Shown: positions 35,401 through 50,400 of the stretch, one piece after another
How positions within the stretch are numbered: the first letter of the stretch is position 1
Layout: every line of letters begins with the position of its first letter
From: Phallusia mammillata
Lineage: Eukaryota
Direction: 5' to 3'
Assembly: GCA_965637545.1 (NCBI GenBank)
Contig: OZ281497.1
Location: 17,050,001 to 17,114,000 of the forward strand
Length of the DNA stretch: 64,000 bases
The notes under the pieces: model-generated
What the model was told of the DNA's origin: nothing
What the model saw: the letters and a program-made list of their open reading frames with translations, nothing else
Databases searched by the model: none
Program-made: the position numbers and the translations under genes

Positions 35401-38400
35401 AGAGTTCAATTAGGCGAAAGTTTGTAACTTGTAGACTCTGCGATTGTAATCAGTAGCTACATCAGCTACTGTGTACCACAGGTCGTGTTAACCGCTCCAA
35501 AGTCGGTGACCCACGACGGAGCGCATCCAATTAACGTACGATGATCCATGAGCGCTGACGGAGGTGTGGGATTTGTAAGTAGTTTAAAACATGGGTCTGC
35601 GAATTTTTTTCCCTGCCCCACATACCGTACTGGGGTCATATGGAACAGTGTATATTTCATAAGCAAACTGTAACAATAAATTTCATCTTGTTTTGTAACA
35701 GTGCGACAGCGGCGGGTTCTTGACGAATCACCGGGGGCTTGCAACACGTGTTGGAGCGATCTGTTTGTTTATGAAACGCAAGACGCACGTAAGATTGCAA
35801 GTTTGATATGGGAAGAAGCGTAAGCCGCCAAATCGCAGTAACACGAAGAGTCTGCATTGCTGCTCCATGTCAATAGAACAGGGTAATGTGGCCATAATCC
35901 GAATTTTTACCGGATAAACCCGACCAACAGTCATAGGTTAATTATGTGTGTCTGAAGGACGCTTTGTTGTCGTTTAATGGTAGCTTTGTATTTCGTGGCA
36001 GATCAAGGCCGCATTTGCAAACCAGCGTCACGCTGTAAAGATCCGTGTTTGTTGCCGTAACATGATTATACGATTTCTTCTGCGCCGAAACGGATACCAT
36101 GCATTCTCGAGCCATGATTCCCCACATAAATTTGCTTACATTCCCATCAGGCACAACACACGAAAAATGTTAAGCGTAGTTTACAATTGAAGATTGTACG
36201 ACAGCTGAAAAGGGGACCTTTGTCTTGAAGCTCAAAATCGTCAAGATTAATCCGCGTTAATGACATCTGTAACATTTAAACATTAATGTAAATCTTTGAT
36301 CATAAGCCAAGCGTATCATCATCAAACACCACTGCCGTAAACCAGAACTGGGCAAAACAAACAACTTTGTCGATGAAGGAAGACCGACAGTGCGCTACTG
36401 TGTATCCAATACATCAGAAAACAGCGATTCTCCCACGCAGACAGCAAGGAGTTGTGTACCTGTCGAGCACACTGTGTAACTGCTAATGATGTCGATCCAT
36501 CACTTAGGCCAAGGACTTAAGGTCTTGGGCTCTTGGCTCGTGCTCCCTGCCTTGCTTGTGTTGGAAGGCTAACCACATAATATGTATAAACCATTTGTTG
36601 TTCCAAGCAGTATTTTGGAGAAGTATGGAGTGCAAATGATGAAGGTTTGACAGATAACAAATCCCTAACAACAAATCCACGTAAATTGTACTTTACAGCG
36701 CAAGTAATTACACCACTGGTCGTTTATGGTACCTTGACGTTGCGTAAGTACAAAAAACCTCTAGTGGGCAAATAACTGTCACCCCCATTTTGTGTTCCTG
36801 TCCACCCCCTTCATTTGAGTTGGGTCTCATTTTGCAACTTTCTTTCGTTTTGTTTGAAAAAATATTCTACAGGAAAACGGTCGACAACCTATAATTGCGA
36901 AGACAGTGACGAAAAAAGTTCAAACAAGTGAAATATTCTTTATAGAACAGCTCGTCTGGACTTGCATCCGGAACGTGGCACAAAGAGTGGACACTTCCGA
37001 AAACACGAGGACTGACCGCTTCACGTTCATTTGGTCGTATCGCAACAACATAAGCGGCATAAATCACTAAAACAGTGTGCGCGCCAACGCTCACTAAATC
37101 AGGCAAATCGTAAACACGGAACTAAAGAAAATGTGTGAAGTGTTCTTAGTGTCAAAATACGCCCCAGTGTTTTTACGTGAAACATGGTAAGTTGAGTTTC
37201 CCGGAACGACCAAAGAAGAAAAAAACAGCTTTTTTAATTGTTAAAAAAATAGACGCGGTTTAAATTTACAATTTTCATGGAAAACCCAACCCTTACATTT
37301 GGGATATTTGTAAGCGGGTTCGTTCAACTTCTAATCCAATGCGGAGGAACCTGTTTTGCATTGCCGACAAACAAAAAATATTTTTTTTGCAGTTTTTTAT
37401 CTTCATTGTAGCAAAGCAATTCAGATGAACGTTACACAGATAAAGTGCCACGCCTTTCAAGCGCTATTGGCCCGAGCAAAACGCCACACGCCTGACGTAA
37501 GTAATCTGGGTCGACAACAAACGAGAAGCGTTCACGGTCGTCGCAAGTGAATAAAGGAAATCGCACAAGAAAGGGTTGAAAGGCAACACCTGTGGCTTTT
37601 TATTTATAGTACGACATACTGAATGTATTGTCAACGGGGCATAGGCTTGACATTACACCTTTGACATCTAGTTCGACACGCACAGACATTCATTTATCCA
37701 GAGATTTGGAAAGTCAACTTCGGGATCGGTTACTCGCATTGGTTTGTGACGTCCAAAGCTTACTTGGATCCAGTAATTGGTCGCGAGGTGTCAAAGGCCT
37801 TAAAGATCGCATCACTTTGTGTCAGAACTCTTTGTATGGGGTGAGACAGGAGATCAAAGGAAGTGTGTGGAGCAATTTGTGCCACCCTTTTAAACTGACT
37901 GTGATTTGAATCAATAAACTTTTTATGTGGTCATTATGGAACAATTATCAAGCCTCAGAAGTGCAAAATATCACAAGTGCAATAAATTGGTAGGAAATGT
38001 CCACAGACATTTAAGGAAAGATTACGTAATCAACATAAGGCCTTCAATATAAGTAGGTAATTTAGTCTCAATTTTTTGGTGCCGTATTGTCACAGAGAGC
38101 CCCAAAGACCGGGCTATGCATAATTCATGAGCACTTAATTCCCTCACTTGAGGCGCATTAAGCCCAGCCAATACAGAGTTTGCTTTGGAAGCATAGAGGG
38201 GGATTTCCGCATAAATAAGAGATAGGGTTATGGTTGAAACAAGACAGCAGGTGCCCAGGTATGCAAGAAATTCGACGTTTTAAGGGAACGCTGATACAAG
38301 AACTCGATAAGGTTGCCTGAACGACAAACAGTATGAAGGATTATGCCTATGGTATCTGATGAAATTGGTAATTCTGGAATTGAAAATACTATCCAAATGT

Positions 38401-41400
38401 CACGATACAGTCGTGAATAAGACATTTATTTTACCATGTCTTTATTGTTACACTTCGGTGTCTAATAGATTTCAGTACAACGCTATTTCGTGAAACTGGT
38501 GCCAATCACGATTTAGTCTGAGTCGCAAGCCCAACTTCACGCCCGGCTTATAAAACTGACTTTAAAGTTGATCTTCACGACATCTATCTAGTTGGCCATG
38601 GAAACTACAATCGCTGTTGTATGTGATTGTGTTTGGACGGAAAATGCAACAAAATATCGCAAATTCAGCACAGAAACTAACCACCACGAATCCAACGCAC
38701 AATTTAAGCCCACACTTTACCGTTAGTTTCCCAAAGATCATTATCCATCAGACTGAATACGAAAAGGGAAACCATCACCGGATTTTGGTACGACACAACA
38801 AGATATGGGCGGTCACATCGTCCAGCATAGCACAGGCGACATGGTAGCCAATGTTAGGTCTCATTTCCGGCATTGTCTATGCGAAAAGCTGGACCTTTGA
38901 ACTCGCTACGCCAGTTAAGGTCCACATCAATGCCACGATTTATTGACACTGAACGATCAGAAGGTTGTTTGTACAACACTGCACCGGCGTAGCTCGATTC
39001 TGGTACAAAGATTTGGTCCACATACGACGCCAGGCCTATAGTATTTATTTGTTAACTTCATACATTGAAGGTTGGAGCACGATGATAAACGCTTCGCAGA
39101 TCTGGGAACTGGGAGTCAGGCGCCTACATGTCTGTGAACCGCTTTCAATACAAGCAAATGTATGATGTTCTTTAGGACGTAGGAACCAAATTCATTGGCT
39201 GTGAATCCATACTCGGGTGACTAAGGGTAGGGAAATGTCCTTTTCCCCCCATTTCCCGATTAAAGTTTAACCATTTTATGCGAATTGGTCAATATGTGCG
39301 TGTACCTTCACTGAAACCACACTTGAAGTACTATATTGCCTGTTATCACAATGACAAACAAGTTTTTCAGGAATTCGATAAACTATGAATCACCAGCTTC
39401 GTCCCACGACCGCAGTCAACCACCAGTGTCAGGCTAATCAAGCTGCAAACCGGGGCGACAGGGTGTAATTTATTCACCTAGGGTTAAAACGTCAAATCGC
39501 TTCCTGGCAAGACACACAACGAGCACAAGACAATTCGTGCAACGTCGAGTGTGACTCTCAGTGCGGAAGGAAACCCATCTATCCATTGCCATCAGACCGA
39601 CGGTGGGGCATCAATCAAGGCACTGGAGTGTGGGTGGCGAAGCGATCACTTACCATCAAATGGACGACTATAATCCGAGCATTCTATGCTTTATACGCGT
39701 GCTAGGGTCTCGCGATAATGCGGATAGAGATGCAACTGTACACGTTTGGATTGGACGGGGCAAGCACTACGCGTAATGGGATTAAAGACTGACCGGTGGT
39801 TGACAATTCCCAGGTAAGCGTGACTGAGCGAACGGCAGAGGAGGTTTTGCAGATCACGTGAAATCCTTACATAGCATTACGTCAACCTATCAGGCAATAG
39901 GCCAAACACGTTGTTATCCTCTGGCAAGCATTTCAGAGCGGTTGCTTGTCCTGTCACTCACACATTTTTAGACGCGAAAATCATTCACATCGCAATTACA
40001 GATGTCACATAAGCCGTGATTCGACACTTCCTTTCCTGCGGTCGCTGGTGGAAAATCATTAACGAGTCTGGGTGCGCCGAAGATGTTTCGGGGAGCAACA
40101 ACCTTTTAAGCGACTGGAGAAAGTAACCGACAAAGGTCCAAGTCCATCTTATACCTGGGCAACAGTTGTTTGCCGACCCCAAAGCTTGCCTTATTGTTTT
40201 TGCCTGATATAAAAAAAAAGACAGAAAACAAAAATGTTAAGAAGAAGTTGGCTAGAAAAAGCGTTATCATTGGTCAAAACAGGAAAAAAAATTAAAACAA
40301 ACGTTTCAAAATCAGCCAAGATCAAAATTATATTGCACACCTTTAAGTAATGTGCACACACGTGTGTAATTTTAAAGGAGTTTGAACCACTCTTGCTTTG
40401 CCAAACTAGAGAAACAAACCCACGACACTAAAATGAAGTCAAGAAGCAAACAAAATGCACAAAAAATGTGTGAGCCACAATAGAGCACAATGAAATTTGC
40501 CCACCAGCAAACCTTACTAAAATACAAAGTAATTATATTCAGGTTTCCGGCCAGCTAAGCCGCGGTATTTGTCTTTTAGTACCGAACGACTTCCTGGGGC
40601 TGTTTTGTTGATCTGCACTGAAGAATCTGCCAGTTTCTACGGTCGAGCGAGCATATGATTCATTTCTATGTTCAAAAAGGTCAAAGCAAAATCTAAGGCT
40701 GTCATGATTTGTTGCTGGAAACATTGTTTCCAAAGGTTTTGTTTGTTAAAAGGCAAGCAAAATGCAAAGTGAAAGGAAAACAGGAAATAACGCATTCCTA
40801 TGCGTACCTGGAAGTTTTACACACTTTATATATGCATGAACACAATGGTAGTTGCTATATATTTGACGGCTCCAACGCATGAGCGAATTCTGTTGTAGCT
40901 AAGATGCGCGCCTGCGAGGTGCTCAGCCACTAGAACGTTGTACAGGACAGAGTCTCAAAATCGTTCTAGACCCACACCACTATACATTACATCACGAATT
41001 CCAACAATACAATGTCGCTAAAATGTTTGTCCATGGTCATACAACGAAATGTGCGGCGACACGACAATAGTATGGCGTCCGTGGAAGCAATCTATAGCAG
41101 GAGGAATAGGATGATTTGTGATCATCGGCCTATACGTGACGATACGAAATCTGCTGGCATTAGGGTTAAGCATTAACCACGACTTCCTGAGTAGGGTCGT
41201 AAATTTAAACGATTGTGTCTTGGTAAGAAAACTTGTCGGGCGAGGTTCCAGATATCCAAGGGCGGGGTAAAAACACGAAGATGAGAATTGCGTTCCATCA
41301 TCGACAAGAAATATGTGTAGGCGGTAGGCGTAACGTTATTCGTCATTCAACTCATTTAGAAATGCACACATGCTTCCCATCAGCAAAAAACAACACTAGA

Positions 41401-44400
41401 GCGTATTAGGTGGAATAATATTACTGTCTAAAAATACTGACAAAATACTGGCTTCGGGTATAGACTGGAGAAGTGAACTAGTGTCCCTTTACATAAAGAA
41501 AGTGTGCGTGTGGGCAAGAAAGTAAAGCTGTGGTAAAGAATGCTGAGAGCATGACCCTGTGAAGTTTGCTATTTGCTTAATAAACAGTCTCAACCACAAG
41601 TGAATAGACGTGGCACCGCGCACTGTCGACATTGGGCACCTCGGAAGAGAATCACGCCAGCCCAGGTACGGCGGTTTGGTGTCTCATTTGAAATTTAAAG
41701 GCAAAGGTTTATGGACACTTAAACTTGTGCAGACAGTATGTCATAAATATTTGTCCGAACAAAGCCACGTGAAATTTTGACCGTAAAGTCTTTGCCTGAA
41801 ATTTACACAAAATTTACTTCGAATTGACGAAATGATAAGGAAATGTGGATTTGGTTGTACAGCATCTATAACCAATAGCGCGACAACATACCTTAGTAGT
41901 TAATCGGCTGTGGTTAGATTTTAACAGCACTTGGAATCAGTGTGTGCACTCGAGTAGCGGAACACAAAGGCCGGGTTTCCGCCCCGTCGTAGGAAGAGGT
42001 GCGATCAAGTTCAAACTATGCGGGACAAGAGGATATGAGCACACTCGAAAATCGTTGCTTGGTTGCTTCGCGCAAACTTCGCTGCAAAATTGTTTCCCAT
42101 TCTTACCTTGCAGTCGCTAAGCAGTTGATACAACGCACATCGGTGACGTCAAACAAGGGCTTCATGCAAGAGTAGTTTGTTGTGACGAATGCCTGAATGA
42201 CTTCGTGTCATTCTAGAAACTGTTTTTGTAGATCATGGTTAAGTTCTACAATAGACAACACACCGGACAAATGCACGGTATTTTGCAAAGGCATTCCTAT
42301 GACAACGATACGATAATAAATTCACATTACGACATTCAGCTTGTTGTTGATCATGTCCAGATTTTACTCCAACCATGTAAGATAACAAAGTAGTCCTGTC
42401 CACTCCGAACGCAACGACTATCAATACAGATCAATCAGAATTTACCGAGTGTAAAAAACTCAAAACAGGGGGCAAATTGCGTGTAACGCCAAGAATGCTT
42501 ATTGGGCGAAGAGCCGAACAGGTATAATCCGGCAACTACCGGTGACTACCTAATTTGTTGCAAAGGTCGACTTGGTGCATGTGGTGATTTCGGTGGCTTG
42601 CAATCACGCACGGCGGTTGTAAAAGTAATAGCCGGCATTGTTGACAGATCGGACGACAAGATGTCTGAAGCCATCATGCAAGCGAACACAAAGAGGCCGA
42701 ACGAGTGGGCGGCGCGTCTGTCATCTTCTTGACGGTCGTAAATTTGTCGCAATGCAACTCGGGCGCCTCCCACGCGCATTCAACGAGTCCGGACGTTTAT
42801 TTGCACACCGAAGGCTGGTGGCTGACCAAGTTTTTAAATCCGCTATACTCGCATTACCTAATTCCAAAAGTTGTTGACCAATTTAAGCCAACATGTTGAA
42901 ACAAAATCGCATATGGCATTATTCTTGAATGTAACAGTACATTTGTGGAGCGATTGTGCAGTTGCTGAAAATGTTTGGCACACTAACACAATAAACACAG
43001 TCAATTCCCACACCCTTCATCACAGGGTACGGTCAAGGACTTGGGCTGAGAGTCAGTTCCGCTTGTTGGTTGACAACGACCTTTCGGCAACAAAATTGAT
43101 GCTAATTCAAGTTTCTTTCGACACTACGAGCAAGCCGTGTAAGATAATTCGATCAAAGGCGTAACTGTTAACTTGGTTTGCGCCATGGCGGTTTCCTTTG
43201 CTGCAGGGAAAGCGACAGCGCGGATTTGGGGCTGGGACAAAAGAGCAACACACTGCGGTTTGTCGGTCGCCATGTTAAGCCATAAGTCGGTAAAAACAAA
43301 CAACATGCAAGGCGCTGTCCCCACAAAAGACACAACAACAGACCCACGGGCGTTAAGCTTCATTTGTAAAGCGTTTGGGGTCCAGACGCAAACAAAGAGA
43401 TTTTAGTCTGTGATATCGGGTTCAAACCACAATAAACAAAGCCGAAAATTCGGTTTGAAAGTAAATGTGCGACGTCCACAAACAAAAAAGTGACAGTGCA
43501 ATTGCAAAAGTCAAAATCTGAAATTTACGAGAAATACAGTTACCTTTGGTTTATTTGTCTCGACCCATCTGTTCCATCTTGTATGCAACTTGTGGTTAAC
43601 AAACAATTTTTGAGCACATAAGTACAGTGTGAACTTTATCGCAGAAGTCTGTAACGTCTACCGTCCTAAAACATCACTACTTCTACAAAAGCGTAACAAG
43701 GTCGGAGAATAGTAGATGAGAATGAGAAGAGCACACAAGTGGGATTCCGCCAAGTGGCAAACATCCACAACGAGAGGCGTGGGAGTGTGCCAAGTGCAGT
43801 CACATCGATCAGTCCCTCGTACTGCTAACAAGCGGCAAACCACCACGGCCCAAAACAAACCACAGGTATTCGATCGTCCAGTTTACCGCGAGCAAATATT
43901 CAAACAGCCACACCATGGCAACAGAACTCGACGCATGTCCGTTGCATTCACCTCAGGGTCGTCTCGCCCACCCCCAGCTTTTGTCCGTGCCACAATACGG
44001 CGTAACAGAAGACGCGATTTCGGCGGCGTTTTCAACACAACAATGTGACTCTCGTTGCCGAAACCTCGCGACTTTGGAGCTCGGACGGAACCCAGCGTCG
44101 GTTCGCATTGAATATGACAGAGCGACTGAAATAAGTCGGCCCAAAGGTGCTTGTTAAATATTTGTAGGTGTTGAAAAACGCCTGCATCAACTGACTGCGT
44201 ATAATGCCCCGTTGGGAACAAAGCCTTTTTGTCACTGAGATTGTCTACGTCTGTGACAAGGGTGCTCGTTTAGAAAAAGATACTCCCTTAAAGCGCATTT
44301 TTATGTACTTCGTGGGTCAATAGCAGAAATACAGAACAACGCAACAGACCAAATATACTTCTTGATAAATTCAGCACAATAAAATCTCAATTTTCACTGC

Positions 44401-47400
44401 ACCTGTCCATAAGGACATACAACCAAAACGGGATTTTGGACGTGTTGAAGAAGTATGCCCAATGTATTGGGTTAAATATGTAAGTCACTAAAAACAACAC
44501 AACAATTTTCGTTCTCGGTGTACGTTCATTGGACATCTCCTCGTCCCAGACGTAAGGCTCGCAAAGTCACAATCGACAGCAGGCAAACATTCAATCAGGA
44601 GAAATGCTTAACAACAGATCTTAGAGAGAAATTCGATAAAGTCAAACGATATAGCGAGGCCCAAGGGTTCCACAAGTTTGTCAATCAAGTAATTGCCCCC
44701 GGTCGATAAGCGCTTAAGTGGTAGGCGTCGTCTCACAGCACCAGTTAAGCAGTATCGATTGATAGAAGCAGATTTTCTACGTATTGATTGGGGGTTGAAG
44801 CATCACGACTGAGAGTTCATTAAACAAACGAAGGAAAAGTGATTTTAAATCGATCCAAAAGCTGTTTATAATTATCTCAACAAAATTTAAGGAAACAAGC
44901 TCAAGACATTTGCAAGCAATTGAGAGGTATTTTGGAATACAACAGAGGTAAAAAAACGAAACTACAAGCAAGAAAATATTTGTGCTTTTAGTCTTTGCAT
45001 GTATTTTAGTTTTTGGCACGGATTAGGCTTGCACGTAAATCATTTGTTTTTGCAAAACAAACATGTACCAAACGTGTTTAAGCACTGACAGACAGCAGCC
45101 GAATCCAAGTTAACCGATCGATCAAATATGTCCGAGTGTCACTTCAATGTGACACAGCGACGCGAGTTTCCCAAATTAAACACAGGCGACGGTCGCGACA
45201 AACAGCCAACTCATAATTAGATAAACTCCGTATCGCAGTTAATCGTTGAATCGACAAACACACTAATTGAATTTGGTCCGATACAGGGGGAGGGCAGGAA
45301 TGTATATATTAGACCGACCGTGTTCATTAGTCGCATCCCTGTGCAAACATGCGTTCAGGCTAATGCCACCTGCAACTAATTCCAGGCTTACATAGCACAC
45401 TGATGTACACTACGGTTAAGTATACGGATTCCCCTCCGAGCATAAAACGACAAACTCAGACACGCCAAATCCGATCGCCCATTATCACATATTGAACTTG
45501 TGCCAAGTCAGTTTGTTCAACAGGCTTTACATGGCGGAAAAAGCAGCCGATGTCAAATCATGTAGCCTTCCGCTTATACATCGGCTGGACCTTTTCACGT
45601 GACATAATCTTTTTTAATCAAGACCAAGGACCCGCGTCATAATTCATCGGCTAATCTCTCTATAGAGCTTGGCGAGAGACGATTCCCTTTGGCCTGTGTG
45701 AGGTCTTTCGAACTTTTGAGCTGTTCCTGTCAATCCGAGGGCCTTTGCATTGCCGAATAAGTCGGTTTAAACGCGAAACCCGTCACTTTTGGCTTGTTGT
45801 TGGTCAAAACACGACACTTTCAACCTGCAGTTCTCCGATTGATAGTAATGTTTTACCACAAGCCGCCTGTGTGGTCTCTTCTGTGAAATTCAAATCGGTA
45901 AATGCAAGCAGTCCTATATGCAAGCGTGAGAACTCCCACAGAACTCCTGTCACGATTTCAGCACTGATTTTACACAATGCCTTCAAGAAATGCCACAAAC
46001 GCCTTTCACACAAGCAATCCGAATTGTTGTGTCGAGTAAGTGCAGAATTATTTATGCAAGCCTTCTTATTTACTGGAGATTGGGGGCAGAGTATGTTATA
46101 TGAATCGCAGTGTGGCATTCATGATAAGTCAAGCCTAACATCACCAAGAGAACTGTGTCCAAACAATATAAATTGTCACAAACCGGAATTAGCAACAACC
46201 CCAAAACAGTCAAATGACGACGTCGTCTTGTGGGGTTCAGCAGCGCGTGGCGTCCCTCGGCGCCTGATGCGGCCCTGCTGGCCCCGTGACCACAGCGAGA
46301 TACAGTTTCGATGCTTAAGCATGCGATCAGGTGCGTGATTTTACTTGGCACACGTACAACCAAGTCTTAAAGCGAGCGTGAAGGTGATGGATGCCCGTTA
46401 AACGGAGATGTTCTTTGCAGCGGTACTTATAACAGCAAACTGCGGTTTAACGACCGAGAAATGGAGGGCCTTAATGGGTGGTTGAACGCAGGCCGCAACA
46501 TTATCACTTGACACTGTATCTATGAATGTGAAAACACTTATAAATAGAGCTCTATTGTTTCAGCGTACCGCGGTGTGAATGCAGGTGCGACCACAACGTG
46601 TCAACTTCGATGCGACTCGTTGCACATGCAACGGTCGGTGAGGACACATCCTAGAAGCCTTACCCTTTGCTGACCTGAACATATAAATAAAAGGAAGGCT
46701 GACAGTACTAGTCAAAACCTTAAATTCCGATTTATCTTGGCCACAATCTTCAAGAAAATAAGAAAATTAACGCAAAAGAAGCGCGTTAATATAAGATTAT
46801 TCGTCTTTAAAAGTCTACAAAGAGTTGTTTCACAGTACAACAGCGCGATAACGGACGGGAACGGGGGAAGCGAGGTGTAGAGAATGACATCCGAGCGGAC
46901 TCGGCGTATGTTTTGACGACAAACTGTGTATGGAAGTGCGTTAGCTCAGGGTGTGAGTGAACCATTGTCACCAGCAAATGGTTCGTCACTTTGCCTGTTG
47001 GCGACTACAAATTACTCACTCCATTGGCAACAAACTTCTGTCGATTCCAAGCGCTTAGGTTACATGTCGCAAGCGAAGACAAGAAATTAAGCTTTAACAT
47101 ACTTTCAGAGTTAGACAATCGTCGGATTGGACCCACTCTATAACACATCGGGTGACCTGCTTGATGACAGACGTAAGTACCTATTGAAGGCCAGCAAAAA
47201 ATACAACCACCACACCACAGGTGCAAGTGGTAATGAGTAGGGTTACATCATTTTCGTTTAATTCGCATTTCTTGCAACATCTGTATGTTTTATGTGTTGT
47301 ATTTTGTTTATACCTATAACGATCAGTTATAAAGACGACAAACTGTTGAGATTCTTAATCTACGTTTGACTGATAAAAACTTGTTCTGCAGCAATCCAAC

Positions 47401-50400
47401 AAATGTACTTTAAAATGTGGACAGGCGAATATAAGTAACCCGGATATGCGTTGCTGGGTAACTTACTGAAGGCAACGACCCTTAGGATACATACAGAGTC
47501 GAGCTTTGTGGTTTCATGTTCAAGTGCAAGTGTTTCGATGCGCTCCGAGTAGCACCCCACACGACGAAGTCAGTATTATCACACGCCTGTATGCCAAACA
47601 ATACCCCGTAGCCCACGGGAACTGGTCAGAGCAAAAATCGTGGTAAAATTGGTGGCAGTTATTAAAATTGCGGTTCCTTATTGGAATTGGCGTTTATTAA
47701 CCACCTCGGTTGATATAGCGTTTTTTGATTTCGTGCCTACTGTTATGGCGGGCGCTGTCATTGCGCAGACACAACATTCATGCGCCATGTGATTAGCAGT
47801 CCATTTTATCGAAATAAATAGTCTGGCGAAGTTTGCAAATGCCACAGAACAACGAGGCACAGCAAAAAACCGTTTTGATAAGCACAGAGTGGAACTCCGG
47901 CGGATGGACAGGAAACCTTAGCTGGCATTCCAAACTTCCCGCGCACTAAAACTCCTTCTTCCTGCTCTTTAGACTAGACGCAAGTCAGGTCTTGCAGTAG
48001 GAAAAGATCGAAACAAAAAGTGAATTGTTTGCAATCGCAAGAAGCCGCAGCCATAAAATAATCGAAGCTCATATCACCTTAACACCCGTTTGGCTCTGCG
48101 TGCCGACCGCAAATCGTCGTGGATTGCACTGGCGGTAAGCTAAAGAAGCAACAGAAGCGCTAGGAATTCGGGATGAGCCCTCATGAGACAAAGCGTTAAC
48201 CCCAGCTCAAGTGAGGAACGGTCGCGCGTGGCGCAATTTAACGCCCAACATATCCATTCAAGGCAAATCGTCGTGACCGCGATGGCCGTGTTGCGCTCCG
48301 TATAAGAACCAACACAATGGTTATGGATTATAGCATCTGATGTCGGAGCATATACCATAAGTAGGGAAAAAGTTCAGTTGCCCCTTATCTGTATGTTGGA
48401 TCTGTACACACGACAATACGCCACGACCGCATGCGACGATATCTTCACGGTCGTTGTAAATGCGAGCGTTGGTAAAAGTGCTGGGTTCCTTCGATTTTGG
48501 ACAGAAACGCGACAAAATGTGTAAAGAAATGCGTTTGCCTGTAGGCTTAAATTGGCAAAGTATAATTTCATTACCAAGCGATACAGATAAAAAGTCAATT
48601 CATACGTCCAATATACGATTGTAAAAAACATTTAACGTCTTAAACTCAAGTCCATTACGAAAGGCTGGCAATAATCCCTCGAAGTCGATTGTATTTACAT
48701 ACACGAGTAAAAGTCGGCAATAAGCTCTCCAAAAGGCAAGCGCGTTAACAAGCCAAACGACCCAGCTCAAGCGATTAACAAGTACAGGCCGAAAGTGGCT
48801 TTTAATAAACCGCCACAAATCTATTACTTTACGAGCATTCGCAATGTGCTGCTGGTTGGTCAGAGTTGTTCGACCACCGGCATAAATACCTTAACGAGCA
48901 CCGTCACGGCAATGCCCGCTTCCGCAAAGATCACGAAGCAGCGACCAGTCGTAACTTTCGACAAACTGCCGCCACGTTTTTAGTCCCTCGGGCGCAGGTC
49001 GGATTCGCTTCGTTTAATGGTCACTTTGCGTATGCCGCCTGAAATTACTGTGTTCGTCGATAACGCAACGCATGGCTGGCAAAGATAAACTTTTCCGAGG
49101 TGCGTATTTGGTCATGTTTCGACTTGCTAAGGCGGTAAAAACCGTTTCACCACTCATGCTTTGTTCTCTCCGAATATTAAATACGAAAATTTAAAGCTTT
49201 GTGTGCAATACCCAAACACAAATAAAAGGATATTTTACACAGTAAAAACACTAATACGTCAGAAGTTTTTTTAAAAGGTTTCCAATACAGGTAGGAAATT
49301 GGAAATGATAAGCTGTAAACATCATAACGCAATCCTCAAGCGGTTGAGCCCAATGATGACCTGGCGTTGAGCCAACTATTCGGGCAGTGCAGAAAAGGCC
49401 ATATTTTTCGTAGCAATGCTGGTATTGGTAGCGGAGGTAGGACTAACCGTGCATGAACAGTGGATAGTTGTTGACATACCTGGAGTGCCTTTTATCGACA
49501 CACACAGGCGTGCGCGCTGGGGGCCAGTGAAAAGATCGTGACATTTAATAAAGGCGTGCAAGTCGAACTGCGCTAGTCATCAGCCCGGCGAAACAGGGGT
49601 CTGAATATTTAGGGCGATTTTGTTGGCTTGGAAAGATATAGTGTCCTTGCAGGTGACACTCAACGGGTGTCGACGGCGTAAGAATGGCTACGCGACGCGA
49701 TGAGCGTGTACGAAACGTCAGGAAGCCCAGCGACCGTGGGTCAGACAAGCCGGAAACCAAGAAACACGGCGCATCATAAAATGCACCAGAGGCCTTGATC
49801 AGCGCTCATGACGAAAAACGCACAGGTGTGCTCTGTGGGCGACTGACGAAATGCGCGGCCGCACGCGGGACTTGTACGCTCCGACAACGGCCTTTCTCTG
49901 TCGCTTAACTCGATGTTTTAGCCAAAATTTCAAGATCGGGTTACTGTCGCGCGCGTTGTTCTCAGGGGCAAAACATTACACACATGAGTCATGAGAAAGC
50001 GATTACACTAACGCTGGCTGACCTTCAATGACGGCTTGCGTGTTCTCCAAGTTGGTCAGCGTTATGTGAACCACTGAAGCTGAAAGCACCAGCCTGTTGT
50101 TTATGCGATTGACGAAAAATATTCTTGTGTCCTCTTTGTTTACCTGGTTGTAAATGTTCAAACGTTTAGGATTAATGGCAAGAATACATATTTTTCTGCA
50201 TTGTTTATACTTGTTGAACATATTGTTTTGAAATTGTCTACACAAGCCTACTATGAAAAACAGTGTAATGGAAAACACACCATGAAGTTGTAATTATATG
50301 ACATCCTTGTTTTTAAAACAAAAAGTCATTTAAATATTGTTTGCACTTACATCTGAATCGCAGTACATAATATTTCCAAGACCATAGATGTTCACAAATT

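Noticed and set aside
37620-38060. Penelope RT (DVQSL) and GIY-YIG (TFKERL..H)-like motifs
   Set aside because: The motifs are far too close together compared with intact elements and are in broken frames; high risk of chance resemblance.
42500-43170. LTR-retrotransposon-like motifs (AILALPN, GYGQGLG)
   Set aside because: Isolated short matches in different frames, with no YxDD or consistent domain order.
43883-44400. DDE transposase-like TQSVDAGVF segment
   Set aside because: A single weak motif; catalytic spacing does not fit and no TIRs were found.
45745-46338. 197-aa plus-strand ORF in the large agrin intron
   Set aside because: Non-ATG start, no recognisable domain, and similar-length ORFs overlap it in other frames; probably non-coding.
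46663-47560. Other phase-1 donors in the big intron as TM-agrin first exons (MFRSAK; ...LRVVAF)
   Set aside because: No hydrophobic anchor or no ATG start; expected by chance in 17 kb.
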